Of a DNA stretch of 64,000 bases, positions 36,465-45,902 are shown piece after piece. A program made the position numbers and the translations under genes. Within the stretch, counting starts at the first letter, position 1. Each line of letters starts with the position of its first letter. The DNA is taken from positions 3,783-67,782 of the IMG/VR virus record IMGVR_UViG_3300042393_000497. One strand, 5' to 3'. Source of the stretch: a virus. Taxonomy: Duplodnaviria > Caudoviricetes. The notes under the pieces are model-generated. The model saw only the letters and a program-made list of their open reading frames with translations. It was not told the DNA's origin and made no database searches.

Positions 36465-39400
36465 TTACATAAAAGATTTAGATACTTCAGAATTTACTTC
36501 ATATAACTCTGTTTTTGTATTCTTATCTAATTCTAAAGTTACATTCATATAGTATCCTAATAAACCAGATGTTTCTACTTCTTGTGGTTTAACACCTAAA
36601 ATAAAATCTCCTGAGTTTAATCCAACAACCGAACTTAATGTAACTCCATTTAAAAGTATATTAGTTATTGTTCCAATTAATAACATACTAGAAGTATATA
36701 CTTTATCGCCTACACTAACTAAACTTGTAACAGAGTTTCCTGTAATTACATTGTTACCACTAATTGAAGAAACAATTCCAATACCTTGAACTGAAGGAGT
36801 GGCTGTATCTACAGTAGAATCATTGCCTCTTATGTAAGCATATTTAACTCCTTCTTTGTTTAAAAAGTCTCCGCTGTTAATGTACCCACTTTGTAAGTCC
36901 GTAATAACTGTAGCATCCCAAGAATCAGTTCCTTCTAAAGATAATGTTCTAAATACTTTTCTTGTTCCTGGTTCTATATTCATATTAAATGATACGGTAC
37001 TAGGAGTTTGAACTCCATAAAAAGTATTGTAAATTCCATTGTGATTGTGATGATATATTTCTCCGTTTTTAAACGAATATAAATCTCCGTTTAATCTAAC
37101 AATATGCTCTGGATTAAAAGGATGTCTAGTTGTCCATCCTTTGTTTTCTTCAGAATATAACCAAGTTACATATTGATTATCTCCGTATTGAATGTTTAAA
37201 ATATAAGAATCTAAATATTGGTCGTATTCTCCAATTATATTATGAATTGTATTATCTCTAAACAAAGATGTAAAGTAATCATTCATCCCTTTTTCAGATA
37301 TAGGAATCAAACCATTATTAGTTTTAACCATAACAGTTCCTCTTTTATAGTCTGCAAAGTATCTATTGAATCCATAGAAATCAAATGAATCAGAATGCTG
37401 AGAACCGTATTCTCCATCATATGCTTTTTGCTGACCTAATACTTCTGGTATTTTTTGAAGGTTGGTAGATCCATCGGTATTATATAATAAATCTTTACCA
37501 TAAAATACAACTGAATACTTGTCTTCTTGAATTACATCTAAGTTAGTGTCAAATCCTTTTATAGTTGTAATAGGTCCAAATGATTTATCTATATCGTCTT
37601 TATAGTTTGCTAATGATAAGTTAAACTCATTAAGTCTATTTACATTTGTGCTTTCTTGAAATACTTCTGAGTAAGTTAAATCAGCAAATCTATTTATTTG
37701 TCTATATCTATCTTCAGTTATTGCTGTTGGATTAAAATCTATATATAGTGATTTTGCATTAAACTTGTCAAATATTTTATAACTTTCAATTCCATTTCCC
37801 CAACAAAAACAATTCCAAGTATCAGTTAATAAGTGATAATCTTGATTTGATGTGTATCCAGAATTATGCAATCCATTAACTATTTTATATGTGTATGGAG
37901 TTTCATAAAATAATGCTGATTCATTTTCTATTGGCATTGTTTCAAAACATACTGGATTTACTTTTTGAACAGTAACTTCAACAGACAAAAATCTGCTTCC
38001 ATCATCAAAAGCACCATATCCAGCCTCTTCTCCTTTAACAACAAATATATTTGGTGCGCTCCAGAAAAAATCAAATCTAGATTCATCTAAATCATTTAGT
38101 CCTGGAAATTCAGCATCATACCAATTTTTTAATGTAGTATAGTTGTTACTAGCGGTAAAAGTTTCATCAAATCCGTATGCCGCACCATGTCCTGCTTCAT
38201 GTGAATATACGTTTATTCTTATTCTACTACCAGTAATTATATAAGTTGTTGGTATAGAAGATACATTTATACTTAAAGTTGTTGGAGAGAATTGACCATA
38301 TGAATTATAAAACACAAAAGGTTGTAGTGGCAATAAAGAATATCCATTAGGTCTTACCTTAAAATAAGTACCAATAGGCGCAGTACCAGTTCCTCCTTCA
38401 TCAAATCCTTCAGTTGGTTGATATTTTATTTCTAAAACCTTTGCGGTTATATATGTATTTAAAGGACCTACTGAATCTGCTTTTACAATTAATGAATCTC
38501 CTTCTTTTATTTTATCCTTATTCGCATTTGATATAGGTATATAAAAATGACTTGCATCTTCATCTTTATATACTGATGAAGCGTATATAGTTTCATAATC
38601 TCCTTTTATTTGTTTTATTGCAAACTTATATCTGTCTGCCCAAGATGGAGGATTATGATTTGTAGTTACAGCTATTCTATTTAAATAATCGCTATTTGCT
38701 GAAGGAATATTTAATATGTTTGTTTTATCTATTAAAGCAGTTGTTTTTCTTCCTTCTGCATCCATGTAAATCATAGCAACTTCATAATCTCTATTACTAT
38801 GAAGACTTTTAAAAAAACCAAGTTTACTTATATTTACTTGACAATCAATAACTTTAAAAAATTCATATTTATTTTCTAAATAATCTGGTGGAACATCTAA
38901 TTCAGGAACGCTATATAGTGCATAAGGCATATCTATATATAATACATTTCCAGTAACAGCAGTTTTAAATCCAACATAACTTAATAAAGTTCCAGCTCCA
39001 CTCAAAAAACCTCCAGTTTCAAAATTATCTGATTCAATTGTTTCAATCCTATTTTTTATATTTGACCTAGTATAGAAGTCTAGTATGTTTGTATAATCAT
39101 CTGTCAAAGTATAATAAAAAATATATTTTTCATTCTGAGGAACACTACTTAAATAAGAATTAATCTCAAAAGAAAAACCAAATGTAGATCCTTTTTCAAA
39201 TACATTTGTTGTCCAATTTATTTGCACTGTTGATTTAGGAACTACATCTCCTTGATGTGATTTTATTCCTGGAAATCTTGTGCATGATAATTGCTCCCTA
39301 ACTTCATATGTTGCGCCAGTAGAAGAGTAAAAAATTTCAGAAATTCTTGCAGTATAAGAAAAACTTTTAGTGCTTTGAACAACTAAATAAAATGTAGCAT

Positions 39401-40814
39401 TTGCTATAGCATAAAATGATAATTCAATTGGACTTCTTGGATCTAACAAATTAAAACTTCCTGATATATCATATTCTCCAGTAACAACAACTCCAGACAC
39501 AGCATTTACAACTAATATATCATATAATGTTGTAGCTCCTAAACTTATTTCAAATTCACTTATCCAAAACTTAGAAGTTCCAGAAGCAGGAACTTTAAAT
39601 GTATTTGTACTGTAATCTACTCTATTAAAACCACTAACTGGTGCTGTAGAAAAATCAATAATATTTGATATATTTATTGGATTCCATTTACTTATATTGT
39701 AATCTATTGCTCCAAATATAATATCAGATTTTGTTTTTGCTTCCTCAGCAACTAATTCAACATCATAATCTAATACTGTATCTATATCTCTACCTTCTGT
39801 AAAATTAGAATACATTAATCTATTTCCAGCGATAGTTTGAGCTTTAGCAAGTAATGGAACATTATCAAAGTTTCTAAAATATTGGTCTTGAGGAAGTATT
39901 GAGTATATTTTATTTTCAGAAAAAGTAAAAGTTTGATTTGAATTATTCGCCCACCCTTCTTCTTGCTTTATAAATTTATGTATAACGTAAATAGAATTTT
40001 TACCACTTTCTTTAAACACTAAATCAATACCTATAACATCTCTTGTTCCTGTATTAAAATTTAATTCTACTGAATTACAGGCATTCTCCATTCCTTCGTT
40101 TTCTCCAGTATCATAATTTATTTCAAACTGTTTTGGAATAAAACAATATTCAGACCAAGAAGACATTGCTGAATAATATCCATCATTATACTTATATCGA
40201 TAAGCAAAAGATAAAAACTTATCCCTCATAAAATTAGCTCCATCTACACTTGGAGTAAGAGTTAATGTAGTTCCTGGAGCATATTCTGGCGGTGCTTTTA
40301 TTACGGATATTTCTTGAGCAGTAAATCCATCTACAGCAAATAGTTTTGCTCTAGTAATATTTATAATTCTTGGAGGATTATAGTTGTCTGTCCAAGCAAG
40401 TAAATTTCCTTCTCCTTCACTTGTAAATACAATATCAGTTCCTTTTATTCTATACCCATTATTAAAGTTTAATACTCCTCCATTAGTAGACATTAATACT
40501 ATAGATGAGGTATTTAATTTAGCATTATACTCTATAATTGCATCATAATTATTTCCACAAACAAAATTATATATCAACTCTTCAGAAGAACTAATACACT
40601 TTCCTATAGTCTTAGCGTTGATTATATTGTACAAGACAGCATAATCTGTTTTCTTTAGATTACCTAATGCATTTTTAACAACACCTTTCTGACCTTCTTC
40701 TGCCGTTAATATAGATATATTCTCAGCATCAGTAAGTTGTCCTACAGGAACAAGTCTTTCATCAAAGTCTTTATTAACCGTACCTATAAGAAAGTTATTT
40801 GATATTTTTGTCAT
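36465..40814 (-). CDS. tail nozzle/stabilisation protein (tubular protein B-like)
   Basis: 1449 aa, beta-propeller-like; WTDNYNPPRIIN, GNRLMYSNF, HSNRDYEVA. Confidence 0.7.
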   Translation of the reverse strand: MTKISNNFLIGTVNKDFDERLVPVGQLTDAENISILTAEEGQKGVVKNALGNLKKTDYAVLYNIINAKTIGKCISSSEELIYNFVCGNNYDAIIEYNAKLNTSSIVLMSTNGGVLNFNNGYRIKGTDIVFTSEGEGNLLAWTDNYNPPRIINITRAKLFAVDGFTAQEISVIKAPPEYAPGTTLTLTPSVDGANFMRDKFLSFAYRYKYNDGYYSAMSSWSEYCFIPKQFEINYDTGENEGMENACNSVELNFNTGTRDVIGIDLVFKESGKNSIYVIHKFIKQEEGWANNSNQTFTFSENKIYSILPQDQYFRNFDNVPLLAKAQTIAGNRLMYSNFTEGRDIDTVLDYDVELVAEEAKTKSDIIFGAIDYNISKWNPINISNIIDFSTAPVSGFNRVDYSTNTFKVPASGTSKFWISEFEISLGATTLYDILVVNAVSGVVVTGEYDISGSFNLLDPRSPIELSFYAIANATFYLVVQSTKSFSYTARISEIFYSSTGATYEVREQLSCTRFPGIKSHQGDVVPKSTVQINWTTNVFEKGSTFGFSFEINSYLSSVPQNEKYIFYYTLTDDYTNILDFYTRSNIKNRIETIESDNFETGGFLSGAGTLLSYVGFKTAVTGNVLYIDMPYALYSVPELDVPPDYLENKYEFFKVIDCQVNISKLGFFKSLHSNRDYEVAMIYMDAEGRKTTALIDKTNILNIPSANSDYLNRIAVTTNHNPPSWADRYKFAIKQIKGDYETIYASSVYKDEDASHFYIPISNANKDKIKEGDSLIVKADSVGPLNTYITAKVLEIKYQPTEGFDEGGTGTAPIGTYFKVRPNGYSLLPLQPFVFYNSYGQFSPTTLSINVSSIPTTYIITGSRIRINVYSHEAGHGAAYGFDETFTASNNYTTLKNWYDAEFPGLNDLDESRFDFFWSAPNIFVVKGEEAGYGAFDDGSRFLSVEVTVQKVNPVCFETMPIENESALFYETPYTYKIVNGLHNSGYTSNQDYHLLTDTWNCFCWGNGIESYKIFDKFNAKSLYIDFNPTAITEDRYRQINRFADLTYSEVFQESTNVNRLNEFNLSLANYKDDIDKSFGPITTIKGFDTNLDVIQEDKYSVVFYGKDLLYNTDGSTNLQKIPEVLGQQKAYDGEYGSQHSDSFDFYGFNRYFADYKRGTVMVKTNNGLIPISEKGMNDYFTSLFRDNTIHNIIGEYDQYLDSYILNIQYGDNQYVTWLYSEENKGWTTRHPFNPEHIVRLNGDLYSFKNGEIYHHNHNGIYNTFYGVQTPSTVSFNMNIEPGTRKVFRTLSLEGTDSWDATVITDLQSGYINSGDFLNKEGVKYAYIRGNDSTVDTATPSVQGIGIVSSISGNNVITGNSVTSLVSVGDKVYTSSMLLIGTITNILLNGVTLSSVVGLNSGDFILGVKPQEVETSGLLGYYMNVTLELDKNTKTELYEVNSEVSKSFM

Positions 40815-40820
40815 GTTATA

Positions 40821-41717
40821 TTATTTTAACCAAGTACGATTTCCTTTTAATAATTGAGTTATTTTCTCTCCTTTAAGGTCAGCCATTCTTATTTTAGTAT
40901 TGTTCAGTTGAGAAAAGTATTCTTTTCTAAATCTCTGTACAATGTACTCCTGCACATTTAATTTAGTGTGTAGCATTTGCCAAGCAATATAGTTTATAAG
41001 ACAAGCCTCAGCTAACTTATGAACTTCTATTTCGCTTTCATCTCCACTTTCTAATCCATCAGAAATATACTCCAATACAATTAGTTTGTATTTTAAATCA
41101 GAACTAAATTGAATTACACCTAATTTTTTATCAATATTAAATGTTCCATTTCTATTAGCTTTAGCTGTATTCAATCCGTAATTAGCTCCTGTTCTTGTAT
41201 TAATGCAAGTATCATCTCCGCAACTTCCATCGCAATGTTCATAGCTTGTTACTATTGCATTTGCAGAATTAATGCTTGTAAGACTCGTTCCTTCTAATGG
41301 ATAACCATTTTGGTCGAATAGTATTTTAAATTTATTATCTTGCAAATAAGGAGCAGTAATAATTGTAGTGTCTGAGTTTTCTAATATAGGATGAAACTTT
41401 CCATTGTTATCTACAAAAGAAATTCTAACGTAATTAACATAATCGCTTGGAAGAATGATTTGCAAGCTATCTCCAAGCTCCAATTCCATCGCTTTAACTT
41501 CTTTCAGTACATCGTAATTAAGTTCTTGTAATGCTCTCTTTGCGTGATATAGAACTTGGTATCTTTTAGTTGTTCCAGGTAAGATTCTATCATCTCCTGT
41601 ATAAGTTACCATGAATCTATTTACTATGTCTTTTAATGTAGCATATTGGTATCCTCCCCAATTCTCATTAGGATCTTCGTAATAATCTATTGGCGGTAGT
41701 GTAACTATATTGCTCAT
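40821..41717 (-). CDS. tail ring/adaptor protein
   Basis: Position after the capsid genes; VLYHAKRALQELNYD. Confidence 0.6.
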   Translation of the reverse strand: MSNIVTLPPIDYYEDPNENWGGYQYATLKDIVNRFMVTYTGDDRILPGTTKRYQVLYHAKRALQELNYDVLKEVKAMELELGDSLQIILPSDYVNYVRISFVDNNGKFHPILENSDTTIITAPYLQDNKFKILFDQNGYPLEGTSLTSINSANAIVTSYEHCDGSCGDDTCINTRTGANYGLNTAKANRNGTFNIDKKLGVIQFSSDLKYKLIVLEYISDGLESGDESEIEVHKLAEACLINYIAWQMLHTKLNVQEYIVQRFRKEYFSQLNNTKIRMADLKGEKITQLLKGNRTWLK

Positions 41718-41720
41718 GTT

Positions 41721-42419
41721 TTATTGTGATTTTTTTTGTGTTTCAATTTGTTCTTGCATAGCCACATAATTTACAATCTCTTGTGAATTAATAGAGATAC
41801 CTGCATAAGATAATATTTTTGCAACCAATCCTTCAAAGCAACTTTCGTGCATATCAAAGTCTTGATAGTCATTTGCATTTGGATTGAATAAAGGGTTTCC
41901 TTGAACAGTTACATATGTCCATTTAGGAGTCTTAGGAGTTCTTAAATAATATAATTCAACACCAGACGCTATTGTACTTGGAAATATTTTAAAATCACTT
42001 CCTATTCTAATGTAAACTGGATATGTTGTTGAACTAGAAATTAATGGAGTATTGTTTAATTTATTAACATCTAACTTAGAAACTTCTTCTACATCATTTC
42101 CTGCATAAGTCAATCCTTCTACTCTATGTACATCAGTTGCACTATAGGACCACAATTGCGTAGTATTGTTTTTTGTTAGTGTAGCATACTGAGCAAACTT
42201 ATCTAATCTTTCTCTAAGGTTTTTAGGCAAATCTCCAAACTCACTATTGGTAAGTCTATTTGTTTGCTTTAAAATCATTCTGTTATAAGCAAAGAAATCA
42301 TCCTCAAATATAGAACGCTGTGCCATTTCTGCAAATGAATTAAACTCAGAAGGAGTTAAGTATCCTCTGCCATCCTTGCTCATAAAAAACAAAACTGTAT
42401 TTCTAACTTGGTCAATCAT
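41721..42419 (-). CDS. tail ring/adaptor protein
   Basis: GYLTPSEFNSFA..YLRTPKTPKWTYV; promoter TATCTTTG at 42442-49. Confidence 0.6.
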   Translation of the reverse strand: MIDQVRNTVLFFMSKDGRGYLTPSEFNSFAEMAQRSIFEDDFFAYNRMILKQTNRLTNSEFGDLPKNLRERLDKFAQYATLTKNNTTQLWSYSATDVHRVEGLTYAGNDVEEVSKLDVNKLNNTPLISSSTTYPVYIRIGSDFKIFPSTIASGVELYYLRTPKTPKWTYVTVQGNPLFNPNANDYQDFDMHESCFEGLVAKILSYAGISINSQEIVNYVAMQEQIETQKKSQ

Positions 42420-42477
42420 TCTTTTTAGTGTTTATTTATTGCAAAGATACAAAAATTAAAAACTCATCTTTATATAT

Positions 42478-42510
42478 AAAAAAAGAGAGGCAGAATTAAC
42501 TACCTCTCTC
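42478..42510 (-). terminator. intrinsic terminator
   Basis: AGAGAGG/CCTCTCT stem with T run on the minus strand. Confidence 0.7.
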
Positions 42511-42529
42511 TAAGATTAAAAGAAAGTTA

Positions 42530-43273
42530 TTAGTCTAATTTCTTTTGAATAAATTGAAGTAATAATTCTCCATCTTTAGTTTTGAAGTATCTAGCTAATA
42601 CATCATACTCGTCTTCTCCAAAAGGAACTGTTACAACAACATCTTTACCATTATAGAATCTTCCGTTATCGTATCTCAAGATTCCTTCAGCAGCAGCTTT
42701 AATACCCCATCCACGAAGTCCAATCATATCGTCAGTAGCTAGTTTTAAAAATAACTCTGGATAGTCTTTAGCATAGATTCTTAAATCTCTCTTCATTTCA
42801 GAACTAGACATAGAAGTTGCTTTAGATCCGTAAACAGATAATGCAATGTTTTCTAATTCAGAAATTTTAAGTTCTCTAACCATTTTAGCTGCTTCGAATT
42901 GTAAGTCTAATGTTTCCAATTCTTTTTCAGCTTCTTTCTCAGGATTAAACTCCTCAAAAAGCAATCCGTTTTTTGGGTGGATGTCTAAGAATGTTTGTAG
43001 AGTAGGATTTGTGTGAGGAACAACTAATACTCCTTTTTCAAATACAACAGAACCTAAAGTAACTTCTCCTGTTTGCTCACTAATAAATACGCTCTCTTGA
43101 TTTGTAGCATATCTTAATGATTTAAGAGTCTTAGTGTTTTTGTCAAAGTACTGTAATGGAAGTTCTGGTTTGTGGCGATTACTTAACGTATAAGTTAAAG
43201 GTCTCCAGTTACTCTTTAAGATGTAAATTTTATTTTTTACTTCTTCTTTTTGTTGTGATTTTGGTCTTGCCAT
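42530..43273 (-). CDS. conserved head-associated protein
   Basis: Directly after the capsid gene; promoter TATCTTTG at 43311-18. Confidence 0.55.
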   Translation of the reverse strand: MARPKSQQKEEVKNKIYILKSNWRPLTYTLSNRHKPELPLQYFDKNTKTLKSLRYATNQESVFISEQTGEVTLGSVVFEKGVLVVPHTNPTLQTFLDIHPKNGLLFEEFNPEKEAEKELETLDLQFEAAKMVRELKISELENIALSVYGSKATSMSSSEMKRDLRIYAKDYPELFLKLATDDMIGLRGWGIKAAAEGILRYDNGRFYNGKDVVVTVPFGEDEYDVLARYFKTKDGELLLQFIQKKLD

Positions 43274-43332
43274 TTTTAATTTAATTTAAGATTATTTTTT
43301 ATATTGATTGCAAAGATAATAAATATGTAAAT

Positions 43333-43361
43333 AAAAAAAGGGAGGCTATTACACCTCCCTT
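43333..43361 (-). terminator. terminator after the major capsid gene
   Basis: AGGGAGG/CCTCCCT stem plus T7 on the minus strand. Confidence 0.8.
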
Positions 43362-43380
43362 ATTTATAACTTCATTATAA

Positions 43381-44736
43381 CTATGAAGCAGCAGAACGCA
43401 ACAATACGAAGTTGTTTCTACCCATTGTACATAAGCAACGCTCAGACAATAAGTGCAATTCGTTAGCGTCAAGAGATGAATTTGTAGCTCCACCTGCTCC
43501 ACCAACTACCCATGCTTTATAACGTCTGTCCTCTCCAGAGTTAGAACGATATTTGATGTGTAAGAAAGGCAAAGTAGTATTAGCTCCTAAGATATTGTCA
43601 TAAACTGACATAGAACCAGCAGGAGTGATAACACCATTGATTGCAGATAAACCACTAATAGCACCACGCTTAGTAGGATCGTTCAAATATTTCCAAGATG
43701 TTTTGTGGAAAGAATATCCACCCCACATAAGAGATTTAAATCCTAAAGACAAAGCCATATCAGAGCTATTGTTGAAAGCTCCATATTGCGCACCACCAGA
43801 GTACTGAGCATTAATAGCTGCCATACCTTTATCAAAAGCTAAGTCTTGATTACGTTTAGCAAACATTAAGTTTTCAGCGATACCAGCTTGAGAGTCAAGA
43901 CGATTGATAATGTCTTCGTAATCTACAGCGATGTCAGAGATAATACCTTCAAATACGTTTCCGTTTTCAACAGCTGAGAAGAAACCTTCAGTACCTTCAA
44001 ATCCAGCAGTTACAGCAGCAGAAGATGCTTCGTAATGACGACCTTCAATCATAGACATTTCCAACATATCGTCAAAACGCTGACGAGTTTTAGCTCTGTC
44101 TTTCAAGTACCATAAGAAACCTCCACCATACTCAGGAGCAACTTCAATCCAACCAATCTGAGTCATATCAGAACCATTAACGATGTCTACATCTTTAATG
44201 ATGATTGGAGAGTTTTCAAAGATGTCTGGACTTGTAGTTAAAGATACTGATTGACCAGTAGTTCCTTTTCTAAATTCAGAACCATAAACATAGATAATCA
44301 ATTTATCTAAACCTACTGTGAAACCAGCAGCTAAAGTAGATTGAACAGTAAAGTCGTTAGTAGTTACAACAGTTACAATACCAATGTTTTCAATTCCAGT
44401 ATCAGGATCTGAAATCAAAACAGTTTCATTAACTCTAATGCTGTGTGCGTTAGATGTAAATACAGAACCAGAACGAGTTACAGCTTTGTAAACTTTAGTC
44501 AAACGACCTTCTTCTGTCCATTTAACAAGGTCAGATGAGATAGCATACTCGCTACCAATTTTTTCTAATAATCCTTTTACAGATTGATTACCATATGCTT
44601 GAAATTCTTTTTCGTAAAGATCAGGCATCCATTGATTGGTAAAGTTAAAGTCAGCAGCTTCTAAGTAGTTAGCAGAAGTAAGCTCTTTTACGGGAGATGG
44701 AGTAAATTTAACTCCAGGAATTGCTTTAATAGACAT
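43381..44736 (-). CDS. major capsid protein
   Basis: 451 aa after the scaffold, followed by a terminator; highly-expressed-type codons (GCT, ACT, CGT, TTC). Confidence 0.75.
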   Translation of the reverse strand: MSIKAIPGVKFTPSPVKELTSANYLEAADFNFTNQWMPDLYEKEFQAYGNQSVKGLLEKIGSEYAISSDLVKWTEEGRLTKVYKAVTRSGSVFTSNAHSIRVNETVLISDPDTGIENIGIVTVVTTNDFTVQSTLAAGFTVGLDKLIIYVYGSEFRKGTTGQSVSLTTSPDIFENSPIIIKDVDIVNGSDMTQIGWIEVAPEYGGGFLWYLKDRAKTRQRFDDMLEMSMIEGRHYEASSAAVTAGFEGTEGFFSAVENGNVFEGIISDIAVDYEDIINRLDSQAGIAENLMFAKRNQDLAFDKGMAAINAQYSGGAQYGAFNNSSDMALSLGFKSLMWGGYSFHKTSWKYLNDPTKRGAISGLSAINGVITPAGSMSVYDNILGANTTLPFLHIKYRSNSGEDRRYKAWVVGGAGGATNSSLDANELHLLSERCLCTMGRNNFVLLRSAAS

Positions 44737-44764
44737 ATTCGTTTATTTTTTGTGGTTGTTTTTA

Positions 44765-45841
44765 TTATTTTATAATTCTAAATATTGGACCACTTCCAGG
44801 ATTTGCCGAGCTTACTTCTTTTTGTCCCATGTCTATATTCTTAGATGTTAATACTTCGTTTTTGATAGCATTAGCTTTACCTAATTCATAGAAATGTTCT
44901 GCAATTTTATCTGCATTCATAGCAGAATATAATGCTTTGTGATAAGCAGCAGCATTCTTTAGTGTTCCATTTTCATCAACAAATTGCCCAATAAAGTTAG
45001 AAATATCTTTCTGAGTTTCTTTTACTTGCGCTACGTCTAGCACATTATAAGTTTGTTTGTTTCCCGATACGCTGAAATCAAAACCTTTGAAATCATCAGA
45101 AAATAAACCGTCAGTAAGATGAGTAAAAACTTTTTGTTTCTCTTCTTGGTCTTTAATCGACTTGTCTTGTTGAAATTTTAGATTATCTAAAGTTTCTTTT
45201 GCTACCTTATAATCAGTTGGGATAACGCTTTCGTCAAACCTTGACACAGCGTATTGCTCTTTCTGCTGATTAAAGAAGCTAATAGCTTCAGACAATGCTT
45301 TTTTGTATTCTCTTTTTTTTGCTTTAATAGTCTTCTCATCATCGTAATCTTCATCAACAACAAATCTTTCATTAAATTCATCATTAATTTCATCAGATTC
45401 TAAATAAGGAGTCTGTTCAAGCAGGTATTTTTTAAGAACGTAATCTGGGTTTTCTTTATCCCATTCTCTTTGAGTTTCCATAAAATCGCCATACGATCTT
45501 CCAGTCTTCTCTTTATATTCTAAATATTTTTTAACATCTTCAGGAATAATTTTTTCCTCTTTGTCTTTTAACAAATCATCTAAGTTACTAATCTCTTTTC
45601 CGTATTTGTTTTTTAAGAAATCAATAATTGAGTTTTCATCCAATTCTTTTGCTGCCGGATCATTGTTTTGAAGATTATCATCTACAGATTGATTACTATC
45701 TGTATTTTGATTATCATCTGTTTGTAAATCTGCATTGTTAGCTTCATTAGAAGCATTTGAATCATCTTGACCTTGTTCATCTTTAAATGCTTCCGCATCC
45801 AAAGAAATGTCGTTAAAATCGACCTTCTTAAATATACTCAT
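44765..45841 (-). CDS. scaffolding protein
   Basis: Acidic low-complexity N-terminus, coiled coil, between portal and capsid; promoter TATCTTTG at 45876-83. Confidence 0.65.
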   Translation of the reverse strand: MSIFKKVDFNDISLDAEAFKDEQGQDDSNASNEANNADLQTDDNQNTDSNQSVDDNLQNNDPAAKELDENSIIDFLKNKYGKEISNLDDLLKDKEEKIIPEDVKKYLEYKEKTGRSYGDFMETQREWDKENPDYVLKKYLLEQTPYLESDEINDEFNERFVVDEDYDDEKTIKAKKREYKKALSEAISFFNQQKEQYAVSRFDESVIPTDYKVAKETLDNLKFQQDKSIKDQEEKQKVFTHLTDGLFSDDFKGFDFSVSGNKQTYNVLDVAQVKETQKDISNFIGQFVDENGTLKNAAAYHKALYSAMNADKIAEHFYELGKANAIKNEVLTSKNIDMGQKEVSSANPGSGPIFRIIK

Positions 45842-45902
45842 TTTAAATTTAATTTAGTTATAATAGAAATTTATGCAAAGATATAAAATTTATAAATAAA
45901 AA